DNA of 64,000 bases from an archaeon (GCA_043810595.1 JBDRNX010000031.1:25443-89442), one strand, 5' to 3'; counted from the first letter of the stretch, positions 28,564 to 38,021 are shown. The notes: generated by a model not told the origin, from the letters alone. A program made the numbers and translations.

Positions 28564-28691
28564 TTTCGTAACCCCTTCATTTTTTCGGTTAAACGAGTTT
28601 ATCGCTTTTTCCTTTATTTTGTTGTTTAAGGACCTTTTTAATTTTTTCTTTCCAAAAGTCTTAAATATTCTCTTCCTCTTTTTACTTTTTT

Positions 28692-30350
28692 ATGTTTGAG
28701 GATCACATTATTAGTCTTCTTAAGAAGGAGCTTAAAGATGCTGAAATCAGGCTAGAGGTGCCTCCTGACCCCCTTCTTGGGGATTTTGCTTTTCCTTGTT
28801 TTTCGCTTGCTAAGGTCATGAAGAAGTCCCCTAATCAGATTGCTTCTGAACTTGCTTCTAAGCTTAAGCCAACTCCCTTTGTCTCTGAGATTAAGGCTTC
28901 AGGCCCTTATCTTAACTTCTTTGTTAACAAGGCCAAGTTTAATGATCTTGTTCTTTCAGGTGTTTTGAAGGGGAAGGATAAGTATGGTTCTGACGGTTCT
29001 GGCAAGGGTCAGAAGGTTCTTATTGAGCATACAAGCTTTAATCCTAATGCTCCCCCCCATCTCGGTCGTGCGAGGAATGCTATTATTGGCGATTCTCTTG
29101 TTCGCATTTTCAGGTTTCAGGGTCATAAGGTTGAGACGCATTTCTTCGTTAATGACGTCGGTAAACAGGTTGCTATGCTTGTTTTTGCAGCTAAGAGCAG
29201 GAAGCCTTCTTTTGATTCCTTGCTGAAACTTTACGTCGATATTAATAAGAAGGTTAAGCAGAATCCTGGGCTTGAGAGGGAAGTTTTTGATTTGCTTTAT
29301 AAGCTTGAGCGTGGCGATGCGAAGGTTAAGAAGCGTTTCAAGGATATCGTCGGTATTTCCATTAAGGGTCAGCGTGAAATACTCTCTGAGCTCGGTATCA
29401 ATTACGACTTTTTTGATTATGAGTCAAAGTATCTTTGGGATAAGTCCACTAAGGAGGTGTTGGCGAGGCTTGAGAAGTTTTCTGAGTGTTTTACCGATGC
29501 TGATGGTCGTAAGGTTCTGAACCAGGAGGAGTATAAGACTGAGATGAAGGCCCCCTATCTTGTCCTCACAAGGTCTAATGGTACCTCACTCTATGCCCTG
29601 AGAGACGTTGCTTATACAATTGAAAAGGTGAAGAAGGCTAAAAACAACATACTTGTCGTCGGTGAAGATCAGAAGCTTTACTTTAAGCAGCTTTCCTCTG
29701 CTTTAAAGCTATTAGGCGAACCTTTTCCAAAAGTTGTTCATTATTCCTACGTTTTACTGACAGAAGGGGCTTCTATGTCTACTAGAAAGGGTAACGTTGT
29801 TTTGTTGAAGGATTTTATGAAGGGGCTTGTTTCTAAGGCTGATAAGGAGATTAAGTCAAGGGAGGGTAAAAGTTCGCATAAATTAGCAAAGGTTATTGGT
29901 TTGGGCGCTTTGAAATACACCTTTTTGAAGGTTTCTAATGATAAGAACGTGGCCTTTGACTGGTCCACTGCCCTTTCTTTTGAGGGTGATACGGGCCCTT
30001 ACATCCAGTATGCTCATGCTCGTGCCTCTTCTATTTTGAGGAAGGCTAAGTTTAAGCCGGGTAAGGTTGACTGTCGTCTCCTTTCCAAGGATCAGGAGTT
30101 CAATCTTGTGAAGCACCTGTCGCTCTTTCCGAAGGTTGTTTCCGACGCTGCTGACACCTTGCACCCGCACATCATAGCTAACTACCTTTATCAGCTGGCT
30201 AAGCTTTTTTCAGATTTTTATCACAACTGTCAGTGCATAGGTGTGGATAAGGACATTTCAAAGGCGAGGTTGGCTTTGGTTGCGGCTACCAAGCAGGTTA
30301 TTGCCAACGGTCTGGGTCTCCTCGGTATTACCGCTCCAGATAGAATGTAA
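28692..30350 (+). CDS. argS: Arginyl-tRNA synthetase
   Basis: Class I catalytic region NPNAPPHLGRARNAIIGD...VNDVGKQ and a C-terminal DALR anticodon-binding domain. Confidence 0.9.
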   Translation: MFEDHIISLLKKELKDAEIRLEVPPDPLLGDFAFPCFSLAKVMKKSPNQIASELASKLKPTPFVSEIKASGPYLNFFVNKAKFNDLVLSGVLKGKDKYGSDGSGKGQKVLIEHTSFNPNAPPHLGRARNAIIGDSLVRIFRFQGHKVETHFFVNDVGKQVAMLVFAAKSRKPSFDSLLKLYVDINKKVKQNPGLEREVFDLLYKLERGDAKVKKRFKDIVGISIKGQREILSELGINYDFFDYESKYLWDKSTKEVLARLEKFSECFTDADGRKVLNQEEYKTEMKAPYLVLTRSNGTSLYALRDVAYTIEKVKKAKNNILVVGEDQKLYFKQLSSALKLLGEPFPKVVHYSYVLLTEGASMSTRKGNVVLLKDFMKGLVSKADKEIKSREGKSSHKLAKVIGLGALKYTFLKVSNDKNVAFDWSTALSFEGDTGPYIQYAHARASSILRKAKFKPGKVDCRLLSKDQEFNLVKHLSLFPKVVSDAADTLHPHIIANYLYQLAKLFSDFYHNCQCIGVDKDISKARLALVAATKQVIANGLGLLGITAPDRM

Positions 30351-30390
30351 TACAATAATCTTTAAATAGGGCCGGTTATTTCTTTCGGTT

Positions 30391-30825
30391 ATGCCTATAG
30401 TTGGTTTTAATTTCGATAAGATCCTTGTAGAGAGGATTAAGCCCGTCGAGGGGCAGGTTAAGGTTAAGAGGAATCTTTCTATCAAGGATATTAAAAAGCA
30501 GGAGATTGTCCTCAGCCCTAAGAAAAAGGAAGAGATCCTTAAGTGTAACTTTGATTTTTCTGTAGATTACGAACCTGGTTTGGGTAAGATCTTAATTGAG
30601 GGCCACATACTTTTCATTGATGAGCCCGCTGAGATTAAGAAATTGTTTGATGGTTGGAAGAAAAATAAGGAGCTTCCTGTACCAATCATGACCTTGTTGC
30701 TCAACACAGCCTTGGTAAGGTCTAACATCAAGGCCTTGAGTCTTATTCAGGATGTTAATTTGCCTCCACACATGCAATTACCGACGATAAATCCTAAGTC
30801 TAAGGCTAGCGATTATATTGGTTAA
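30391..30825 (+). CDS. Hypothetical protein
   Basis: 144 aa with host-like codon usage; no recognisable motif. Confidence 0.4.
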   Translation: MPIVGFNFDKILVERIKPVEGQVKVKRNLSIKDIKKQEIVLSPKKKEEILKCNFDFSVDYEPGLGKILIEGHILFIDEPAEIKKLFDGWKKNKELPVPIMTLLLNTALVRSNIKALSLIQDVNLPPHMQLPTINPKSKASDYIG

Positions 30826-30891
30826 AATAGTTCTCAAACAAACAAACAAACGCATCCCAAACACATCTAGGGACGTGCTCGGAGAGACAAA

Positions 30892-31599
30892 ATGGCTGAT
30901 TTTGATTCTGAAAGGGAAGAGAGGCTGAAATTAGCGTTTTCCAAGATAAAAGCCGATATTGACAGCCTCCGAAGCGAGTTTAACGCGCTAAAAGAAATCA
31001 TAACCAAACAACAGGACCTCATGGAGGTCTTCCTTTCTAAAATGGCTCAAAACAGGCAAGAAAGCCAAGATTTTGAGGGTTTTTCGGGTATTCCGCTAGA
31101 GGGTTCCACAGGAAATGAAGGGGTCCAAACAAACAAACAAACAAACAAACAAACAAACAAACAAACACATCCCAAACAAACAAACACATCTTTACCAGTT
31201 TTATCGACGGAAGAACAAAAAACCCAAACCCCCCATTTACCAACCCCTCAAACCGCCCTTCCCCTCTCCACCATGAAAAAAGATCTCCTGAACAAGTTTG
31301 TATCTCTCCCCAAAAGGGAATTTCTGGTATTTTTGACCATTTATCAACTAGAGGCCGACAAGGGTTCTGTTACCTATCCTGACATCGCAAGCCAGCTCAA
31401 ACTCTCAGAAAGTGGGGTTAGGCACTATGTTTTTAATCTCATCAAGAAGGGGGCCCCTATCCTGAAGAGGAAAATCAACAATAAATCGACGGTACTCTCA
31501 CTTTTGCCCGAATTTAAGGAGTTAAACCTCCAAAAAGAGCTTGTTGATATCTACCTCCACCTGGACTCTCATCAGAGAACACTTATGGATGAATACTGA
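30892..31599 (+). CDS. Coiled-coil / low-complexity repeat / C-terminal winged-helix protein; paralog of 31860-32537 with atypical codon usage for a + strand gene
   Basis: Central (QTNK)n encoded by (AAAC)10. C-terminal wHTH (FLVFLTIYQLEADKGSVTYPDIASQLKLSESGVRHYVFNLIKKG). A/C-ending codons are unlike other + strand genes. Confidence 0.55.
   Translation: MADFDSEREERLKLAFSKIKADIDSLRSEFNALKEIITKQQDLMEVFLSKMAQNRQESQDFEGFSGIPLEGSTGNEGVQTNKQTNKQTNKQTHPKQTNTSLPVLSTEEQKTQTPHLPTPQTALPLSTMKKDLLNKFVSLPKREFLVFLTIYQLEADKGSVTYPDIASQLKLSESGVRHYVFNLIKKGAPILKRKINNKSTVLSLLPEFKELNLQKELVDIYLHLDSHQRTLMDEY
31127..31166 (+). repeat. Perfect (AAAC)10 tetranucleotide microsatellite inside the CDS, followed by the degenerate copy ACATCCCAAACAAACAAACACATC; a related segment sits at 30835-30868 in the gene's 5' leader
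   Basis: Direct reading: aaac x10 from 31127. The upstream copy caaacaaacaaacaaacgcatcccaaacacatc ends about 20 bp before the ATG. Confidence 0.85.
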
Positions 31600-31603
31600 T
31601 TAT

Positions 31604-31828
31604 CTCTCACTTTTTTAGTTTTATGCGTAATTTGGGTCTGTTAACACTTAATTTCTCTCAGCGCCCCTCATTTTTTACCAGTTTCTCCCTAATCCCTTCT
31701 TATTACCTCTTGATATCCCCTATTTTCTTCTCACTTTATAGAATTTATACGTAATTTACCCTTGTTATTTCCCTTTTTTCATTGCTTTTCCTACCTATTT
31801 TCCTCTCACTTTATAGAATTTATACGAA
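31604..31828 (+). repeat. Three promoter-like direct repeats (CTCACTTT[T/A]TAG(AA)TTTATRCGWA) in a convergent intergenic region
   Basis: R1 at 31604-31634, R2 at 31726-31757 and R3 at 31801-31828. R2 and R3 share 23 identical bp (tctcactttatagaatttatacg). Each contains a TTTATA TATA-box-like core. Spacing is 125 and 74 bp. Confidence 0.6.
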
Positions 31829-31859
31829 CAAATCTCTCTGTTCCTACCATGTTCTTAAC

Positions 31860-32537
31860 CTATTTTTTTACCCTTTTCTTTGCCTGTACTTCTACCTTTT
31901 TTGGCTTTTTTAGGATCTCTTCTTTTACTTTCTCTTCTACGTAGAACCTCTTTGTTCCGTCATTCTCTACAACCTCTTTCACGAGATCCGGACTCTTCAG
32001 TTTTATGTTAGTTATCTGCCCCCTAAGTGTTGATTTGTTTTTTCCTAAAATCATACACAAATCCTCATAACTCATTTTTGCATCAGAATTTAGTAAAATC
32101 CATATCAATCCTCTTTCCATAACTGATAAATTTTTCAATTTTTCTAGGGTGTTTGTTTGGACGGACATCTGTTTTAAACGGACATCTGTCCTTTGGACAC
32201 GTGTTTGGACGCCCGTTTGGACACGTGTTTGGACACGCGTCCAAACCCCCTTTATTTCTTCCATATCTCCCTCTATTTTGTCCAATCTTTTGTGTAAATT
32301 TTCAAACCGGTCTTCATGTTTTTCGTGTTTTTCAGTGAAGTGAGTTATCCAAACGTTAACCGCATCCATATCTTTTTTCAAATTTGTAAAAGAAAAACCT
32401 AATTTTTTGTTTAGATCCCCAATTTTTTCATGAGCTGCATCGTCTCTTTTTTTAAAAAAACCAAAAACCATAGTTAACTTACAAAGTTTACTCTTTAATA
32501 AACCTTCCTTTTTTGCTAGAAACTTTTTGTAATTCAT
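31860..32537 (-). CDS. Coiled-coil / repeat / winged-helix protein; paralog of 30892-31599
   Basis: Central VWTRVQTRVQTGVQTRVQ repeats and a C-terminal wHTH (LIWILLNSDAKMSYEDLCMILGKNKSTLRGQITNIKLK); host-like A-ending codons. Confidence 0.55.
   Translation of the reverse strand: MNYKKFLAKKEGLLKSKLCKLTMVFGFFKKRDDAAHEKIGDLNKKLGFSFTNLKKDMDAVNVWITHFTEKHEKHEDRFENLHKRLDKIEGDMEEIKGVWTRVQTRVQTGVQTRVQRTDVRLKQMSVQTNTLEKLKNLSVMERGLIWILLNSDAKMSYEDLCMILGKNKSTLRGQITNIKLKSPDLVKEVVENDGTKRFYVEEKVKEEILKKPKKVEVQAKKRVKK
32150..32245 (-). repeat. Degenerate 12-bp tandem repeats (GTCCAAACACGT-like, read on the coding strand) encoding the TRVQ/VQT repeat
   Basis: Four or more units of gtttggacacgt / gtttggacgccc / gtttggacacgc on the + strand, flanked by ggacatctgt half-units. 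Confidence 0.7.
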
Positions 32538-32599
32538 TAAATCTTTTTGATAATAAAATTTATAAATACCCTTATCATTTTTAATTTAAATTTGTACAA

Positions 32600-33367
32600 A
32601 TGAAAGAATTCACCTACGATGGGGTCACCTACAAGATTGACGATTCTAAAAAGGTTAGTGGAGTGGGTGACTTTGATGAGAATGCCAAGACTATCCTCAT
32701 AGATAACGATATGCCGGATAAGTTTCACGACGGTATTGCTGTTCACGAAATTGAGGAGAGGAAGTTGATTAGGAGGGGCCACAGTTATGTTTATTCACAT
32801 AATGAGGCTCAGAAGAAGGAGCTTTCTTTTTACGAGTCCAAGTTTGGTAAGGATAAAGCCATTAAAATGCTTAATGAAGAGGAGCAAATCGTTCTTTCCA
32901 TATCTCCAGGGCGTTTGGTTACGCGTACAAAGAAGCCTAAGGACATTACTACAACGCCCCCTATCGTTGAAACTACATGGGTCAGGCAATTGATTTACGA
33001 AAGCAAGAAGTACCTTATTAATAATTCTAGCAGGCTTGTTGGTGCAATTGTTGATCTTTATGAGAAAAAGAGTATTATTTACATAGATTGTGACGTTCCT
33101 GAGAGATTTTTTGAGGGTTTGGCTGTTTTTGAGATCGAGACTCGTAAGTTGATTAAGAAGGGGTTTAGTTATAATCAGGCATATGATGCGGCTCAGAAGA
33201 AGGAAGAGGCGTTTTACGAGACTAAATTCGGCAAGGATGTTGCTCATAAGATGGTAGATGAGGAGGCTAAGTTGCAGTCCAGGAAGTTTTCTGCTGAGAA
33301 AAGGGAGCTGAAAAACGAGAACGGTCATAAGGTGATTTATGGTAAGGATGAGATTCTTTCCAGTTAG
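32600..33367 (+). CDS. Hypothetical protein with an internal tandem duplication of a ~100-aa module
   Basis: Module 1: DNDMPDKFHDGIAVHEIEERKLIRRGHSY...AQKKELSFYESKFGKD. Module 2: DCDVPERFFEGLAVFEIETRKLIKKGFSY...AQKKEEAFYETKFGKD. Confidence 0.5.
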   Translation: MKEFTYDGVTYKIDDSKKVSGVGDFDENAKTILIDNDMPDKFHDGIAVHEIEERKLIRRGHSYVYSHNEAQKKELSFYESKFGKDKAIKMLNEEEQIVLSISPGRLVTRTKKPKDITTTPPIVETTWVRQLIYESKKYLINNSSRLVGAIVDLYEKKSIIYIDCDVPERFFEGLAVFEIETRKLIKKGFSYNQAYDAAQKKEEAFYETKFGKDVAHKMVDEEAKLQSRKFSAEKRELKNENGHKVIYGKDEILSS

Positions 33368-33461
33368 TTGCAAAAGTTTATATATAACTTTGATTTATAA
33401 TTTTCTTAGGGGGTGTTCAAGCACGGAAAAACTTTCATCGTTTTTCTTTTCTGTGTAAACT

Positions 33462-33656
33462 ATGGCTTCTAGCGACGACCCGCCTCCTTTGGAATTTATT
33501 GTTAATCCCTCTAAAGTCAATTCTGGCGATAAGGTACTTCAGACTTTTCTCGAGGGGGACCCAGATCCTGTTGATTACATTGTTAACTCAGTTAAAAATG
33601 CTGCTAAACCCCCTTTTCAGTCTTATTTGAAGTCTGTTCATAGCAAATTTTATTAA
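33462..33656 (+). CDS. Small hypothetical protein
   Basis: 64-aa ORF with no distinguishing feature. Confidence 0.2.
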   Translation: MASSDDPPPLEFIVNPSKVNSGDKVLQTFLEGDPDPVDYIVNSVKNAAKPPFQSYLKSVHSKFY

Positions 33657-33678
33657 TTAAATATGCCTCTTACTTGCT

Positions 33679-34212
33679 ATGAAACATCATTTTAGGCGTC
33701 CTCTGTCTTGGGTTATTTTAATACTCATAGTTCTTTTAATCGTAATCCTTGTTATCCCTCTTACTCAGAGGAATAATCCTGTTTCCGAGCCTTCGGGTGA
33801 TGAGTGTGTAGTTGATTCCAACTGCCCTGCTTATCGTTGTCCTGGTGTTCGTGCTGCTTGTATTAACGGTTATTGTAATCCTGTTGACTTGAAGGGGGCG
33901 GTTACTCGTTGCGTTGATTTGCAGAATCCCGTCTGTGGCAACGGTGTTTGTGAGGGTAGCGAGCGTGATGGTGGCTGTCCTTCTGATTGTGGGGGCCAGT
34001 ATGGTTTGACTGAGGATGTGTGTGAGTCTGCCGGCGGTAACTGGAATGAATGCGGTAGTCCTTGTGCTGGTACGGGTGCTAAGTATTGTGCTACTGTTTG
34101 TGAGGCTCATTGTGAGTGTGGGGGGGTTGCTGGATTTACCTGTCCTGAGGGTTATGGTTGTAGGCTTTCTGGTCAGATTGCCGACGAGCTTGGTGTTTGT
34201 GTTCCTGCTTGA
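33679..34212 (+). CDS. Secreted or membrane-anchored cysteine-rich protein
   Basis: N-terminal signal anchor (LSWVILILIVLLIVILVIPL) followed by about 28 Cys in CxxC/CxC spacing; strongly host-like T-ending codons. Confidence 0.5.
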   Translation: MKHHFRRPLSWVILILIVLLIVILVIPLTQRNNPVSEPSGDECVVDSNCPAYRCPGVRAACINGYCNPVDLKGAVTRCVDLQNPVCGNGVCEGSERDGGCPSDCGGQYGLTEDVCESAGGNWNECGSPCAGTGAKYCATVCEAHCECGGVAGFTCPEGYGCRLSGQIADELGVCVPA

Positions 34213-34283
34213 AACTTGTAAGAAAAAGCAGCATCTTTTTGTTGATAAATAAGTTTAAATAATACATCTGTTTCCTCCGCACA

Positions 34284-34667
34284 ATGCCAGAATTCAAGTA
34301 TTTGGGTTATGAACCTAATAAGAATAAGCGCCATTTTATCTCTCAGAGGGCTTTTCTTTTTCGCTATGTTGGTGAGAATAGGGTTCAGGGTGAGATCATT
34401 AAGGAATTGGGTTCCCTTTTTGCCTCTCAGTCATTCACACCTTTTGAGTTGGTTTCTTTCGAGGATAGGTATGCTCTTCATGTTTTAGCTAGGCATAAGA
34501 ACATCCGCATCCCTATTCACATCGCAAATTATCATCGTGCTATTACGAAGGATTTGTATTATATCAGTGTCAGTTACGGTAATTTGGGTTCTAAGTTTGA
34601 GGATGAGCGTTCAAAACTCGAGGATATTCTGGAAAAGGCCTGTAAGAGTGTGAGCGGTAAGGTTTGA
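34284..34667 (+). CDS. Hypothetical protein
   Basis: 127 aa with host-like codon usage. Confidence 0.4.
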   Translation: MPEFKYLGYEPNKNKRHFISQRAFLFRYVGENRVQGEIIKELGSLFASQSFTPFELVSFEDRYALHVLARHKNIRIPIHIANYHRAITKDLYYISVSYGNLGSKFEDERSKLEDILEKACKSVSGKV

Positions 34668-34805
34668 TTTTCCGGAAGATTTTCGCTTTGGTGAAAAACC
34701 CCGGAAATACCCCTTTTTTCTTTCAAATTTTATTGTATGTTAGTCTGAAAGATATACTTTCCATTCAATAAATCTATATTAATCCTCCCAAGGAGTATTT
34801 TTTTA

Positions 34806-35807
34806 ATGGAAGATTACAAAAAGGGGCCTGTTATTTTTGCTTTGAGTTCTACTAAGCTTTTTGGCAAGAAGTTGGGTACTAATGGTTTGTTGGTTGAGGA
34901 GACTTTTCCCGACGGTGAACCTTATGTTAAGCCGAATCAAGACATTCGCGGTTGCGATGTTTTTGTTGTTCAGTCTTTGCATAATTATGGCAGTAATGGT
35001 GAGAGTCTGGGTGATAAGTTGTTGAAGTTAATAATATTCTGTAACGCTGCTTATCATGCTTCTGCTCAGAGGATTACTGCAGTGATTCCACACCTTGGTC
35101 TTTCTAGGCAGGACAGGAAAGCTGGTTCTAGGGACCCGCTTTCTGCTCAGGCCCTGGCTATGGTTTTGGAATCCTGTTTTGTTAACAGGTTGCTCACGAT
35201 GGACCCGCATAATCTTGCTATTCAGAGTGGTTATAGGATACGTTCAGATATGCTTAAGCCTTTCAGGCCTTGGATTGATTATTTACATCCTTATTTTATG
35301 AAGGAGAAGAAGGTCGGTTTGATAGCGCCGGATAATAACGCTAAGAAGGATCGTGTTGACCCTCTTGAGGAAAGAGTTTTGACTTATTATGAAGGTAAAC
35401 CACCTTTTAGGTTGATTACAGGCTTTATCCCTAAGCAGAGAAAGAGTGGTAAGTCCATAAAATCGGGTAGGGCTGTTGTATATGGGGATATCAGGGACTC
35501 TCTTGTGGTTATTCCCGATGATGAATCATCAACTGGGGGCACGATGATAAATGCTGCCAGGAAGGTTAAGGATAGGGGTACAAGGTATGTAATTGGCACT
35601 GTTGTGCACAACAAGTTGAGCAAGGAGGCAGCGCATGCTATACAGGAGGAGAAAAGTATTGATGAGTTCTGGGTTATGGATACTATTTGTAGGCCTGAAT
35701 TGATCAAGAAGTATCCAAAATTCAAGGAGATTTCTGTGGCTAGTTACTTTAGGAAAGCTATAGAAAACATTCATGAGGAGAAATCTTTGAGTGCTGAATT
35801 GTTCTAG
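34806..35807 (+). CDS. prs: Ribose-phosphate pyrophosphokinase (PRPP synthetase) family
   Basis: FPDGEPYV, RGCDVFVVQS, RITAVIPHLGLSRQDRK, and a PRPP-binding loop VIPDDESSTGGTM. Confidence 0.75.
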   Translation: MEDYKKGPVIFALSSTKLFGKKLGTNGLLVEETFPDGEPYVKPNQDIRGCDVFVVQSLHNYGSNGESLGDKLLKLIIFCNAAYHASAQRITAVIPHLGLSRQDRKAGSRDPLSAQALAMVLESCFVNRLLTMDPHNLAIQSGYRIRSDMLKPFRPWIDYLHPYFMKEKKVGLIAPDNNAKKDRVDPLEERVLTYYEGKPPFRLITGFIPKQRKSGKSIKSGRAVVYGDIRDSLVVIPDDESSTGGTMINAARKVKDRGTRYVIGTVVHNKLSKEAAHAIQEEKSIDEFWVMDTICRPELIKKYPKFKEISVASYFRKAIENIHEEKSLSAELF

Positions 35808-36221
35808 AATTTCTTGTATTCTATGCCGTCTTTTAGTACTATGCCTTCAGCCTCTATTACTACTACGTCGTCTAGTGTGTAGGTGGTGTCTAGGAACATG
35901 GCTACGAAGGCTTTTCCGTCTAGGGCCTTGTGGCATGTGTTCGGGGCTTACAATAAATTTCAACGTCTCTTGAAGTTGCAGGATCCAGAAGGTATTAGAG
36001 ATGCTGCTTGTGACATATATTGGAATCACCTGATGCAGTTCCCTCCTGGTTATACACTCGATAACCTCCCTTAATCTATTTTTGTTGTGCTTTGTAGAAA
36101 AAGGTTCATAAATGAGACATTATGTCCTCTGGATAGCACATTTCTCATAAAAACTACTTATAATCAACGTTCCACGTAGTTTTTACTCAGTTTAGAAGCT
36201 ATTTGTTGTTGAATTTCAGGT

Positions 36222-36572
36222 CTACCCGCCCTTCTGAACGCTTACTCCTTTGAACTTCCCTTCCAAACCGGGGGGTGCGAAGCTTGGCTTTATTACCAAG
36301 TCGACTATGTCTCCCTCTTTAAGGTTTTTGTTCCAGTCAGTTGATGTGAACCTTACAGGCTTTTTTTCTTTGTCTATGTGTACAGTCACGCTTCTTGTTG
36401 ACCAGTACAGGTCGCTTATGTAGCTGTTTTGTTTTATTGATAGGACCTTTGCTTGCCTGATGTGTTGTTCTGGTTGCATACGCTCCCACACAAGTCCATA
36501 AACCCCTGTTCCGAGAAGTGCTGTATATGCTGTTATCAATCCGGCATAGAAAACTCTTTTCATCTTTCCCAT
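36222..36572 (-). CDS. Membrane-anchored hypothetical protein
   Basis: 116 aa with one N-terminal TM segment. Confidence 0.4.
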   Translation of the reverse strand: MGKMKRVFYAGLITAYTALLGTGVYGLVWERMQPEQHIRQAKVLSIKQNSYISDLYWSTRSVTVHIDKEKKPVRFTSTDWNKNLKEGDIVDLVIKPSFAPPGLEGKFKGVSVQKGG

Positions 36573-36667
36573 GTTTATTCTTGTGAGTCAGAAAATATAT
36601 AAACTTTTTTATGCGTAATCTTTATATAGGAATTCCCCTTTTTCAGCCGTAAAGCTAGGTTTTTCAC

Positions 36668-36955
36668 ATGGTTTCAAAGTTAGTTAAGGACGTACTGGAG
36701 ATATATGATAGGAAAGAGTTAGTTGATAATATTGAGGATACTACTGATAGGCTTGTTGTTCTGCTTGGCGAGAGGTTGAGTTCTAAATACATAAACCCAA
36801 ATACTGTTGATGGTATCTTATACTTGGCAATTGAAGCAGGCGTTAATTATGGTGTGAAGACAAGTGATGGCCTGATTGATTATCTCCGTCACTTAAGTGA
36901 GAATGATAAAGCTTTAATAGTAAGGAAGTTTGCTTCAGGGGTGTCTGGATTGTAA
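36668..36955 (+). CDS. Hypothetical protein
   Basis: 95-aa ORF. Confidence 0.35.
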   Translation: MVSKLVKDVLEIYDRKELVDNIEDTTDRLVVLLGERLSSKYINPNTVDGILYLAIEAGVNYGVKTSDGLIDYLRHLSENDKALIVRKFASGVSGL

Positions 36956-36996
36956 TAGTCCTTAACGGAGGATGCCATTAAAAAAGAGGTGACCTT

Positions 36997-37812
36997 ATGT
37001 TTGATCAATTGGAAACTGAGCTTAAATTGCGTGGTTTTTCTCAACAAACCATCAAAACGTACATCAGGCATAATAAGTTGTTCTTGGATTACGTTAAGAA
37101 GGAACCCAGTCAGGTCACTGAGGAGGACATTAAGAATTATCTTGCTCACGCGATTTCTGATGAGAAGGCAGCACCTAGAAGTATTGCTTTGAAGAAGGCT
37201 GCTCTTAAGTTTCTTTATGATGAGATGATGCGGAAGGGTATTGTTAATCTGAAAACTCCAAAAATTCCCAAGTCCAGCCCGTCCGTACTTACAAAGGAAG
37301 AGATTAAATCCTTGATAGAAGCAGCCCCCCGTGACAAAACTAGGTTGATAATGGAGTTGATTTATTCTTCAGGTCTCCGTGTTTCAGAATGTGTTACCCT
37401 TAAGGTTAATGACTTGGATTTGGATGGTAAGATAGTGAGGGTGAAATCAGGGAAAGGTAACAAGGACAGGATTACAATACTTTCTCAGACTGTAGTTAAT
37501 GGGCTGAGGCGTTACATCTTGACTTTGGATAAGAACGAGCAGTACTTATTCCCTAACTCTAAAGGGAGCAATCTTTCTGTTCGCAACATTCAGAAGCTTG
37601 TACAGAAGGCAGCTTCGAAGGCAGGGATAAAGAAGAATGTTTCTCCTCACGTGCTCCGTCACAGCTTCGCAACCCACCTCCTTGAAGGAGGTACAGATAT
37701 AAGGCTTATACAGGAATTGCTCGGCCATTCGCAGTTGTCGACGACACAGATATATACCCATGTCTCGCGGGAGCAGATTAGCAGGATAAAAAGCCCCCTC
37801 GACACCATATGA
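36997..37812 (+). CDS. xerA: Tyrosine recombinase, XerA/XerC/XerD-like
   Basis: SAM-like N-terminal domain and a catalytic R...HVLRHSFATHLLEGGTDIRLIQELLGHSQLSTTQIYTHV region (R-H-R-Y). Confidence 0.85.
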   Translation: MFDQLETELKLRGFSQQTIKTYIRHNKLFLDYVKKEPSQVTEEDIKNYLAHAISDEKAAPRSIALKKAALKFLYDEMMRKGIVNLKTPKIPKSSPSVLTKEEIKSLIEAAPRDKTRLIMELIYSSGLRVSECVTLKVNDLDLDGKIVRVKSGKGNKDRITILSQTVVNGLRRYILTLDKNEQYLFPNSKGSNLSVRNIQKLVQKAASKAGIKKNVSPHVLRHSFATHLLEGGTDIRLIQELLGHSQLSTTQIYTHVSREQISRIKSPLDTI

Positions 37813-37892
37813 GCCCTCCTCGGCGAAAACGCTAAATTTATATACTATTAATCCTTCTATATTCGATATAAATTAGAGAGGTGAAAAAGTAA

Positions 37893-38021
37893 ATGGGAAC
37901 TATCCTTTTGAAACATGCCGTTAAGAGGAAGCCCGGTTACCTTTACTACATAGACGCTAAAGGTAACGTCTGCGAAGCAAAGATGGCTCGTGGCGGCAAG
38001 AAGAAAAAGAAAAAGAGGTAA
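37893..38021 (+). CDS. Small basic protein (42 aa) with a strong upstream RBS
   Basis: GAGGTGA lies 8 nt before the ATG. Product: MGTILLKHAVKRKPGYLYYIDAKGNVCEAKMARGGKKKKKKR. Not in the ORF track (under 60 aa). Confidence 0.3.
   Translation: MGTILLKHAVKRKPGYLYYIDAKGNVCEAKMARGGKKKKKKR

Noticed and set aside
31127-31828. (AAAC)10 tract and the three intergenic direct repeats as a CRISPR array
   Set aside because: Only 3 degenerate copies with unequal spacing (125 and 74 bp), an AT-rich promoter-like repeat, and no cas genes nearby. The AAAC tract is an in-frame microsatellite.
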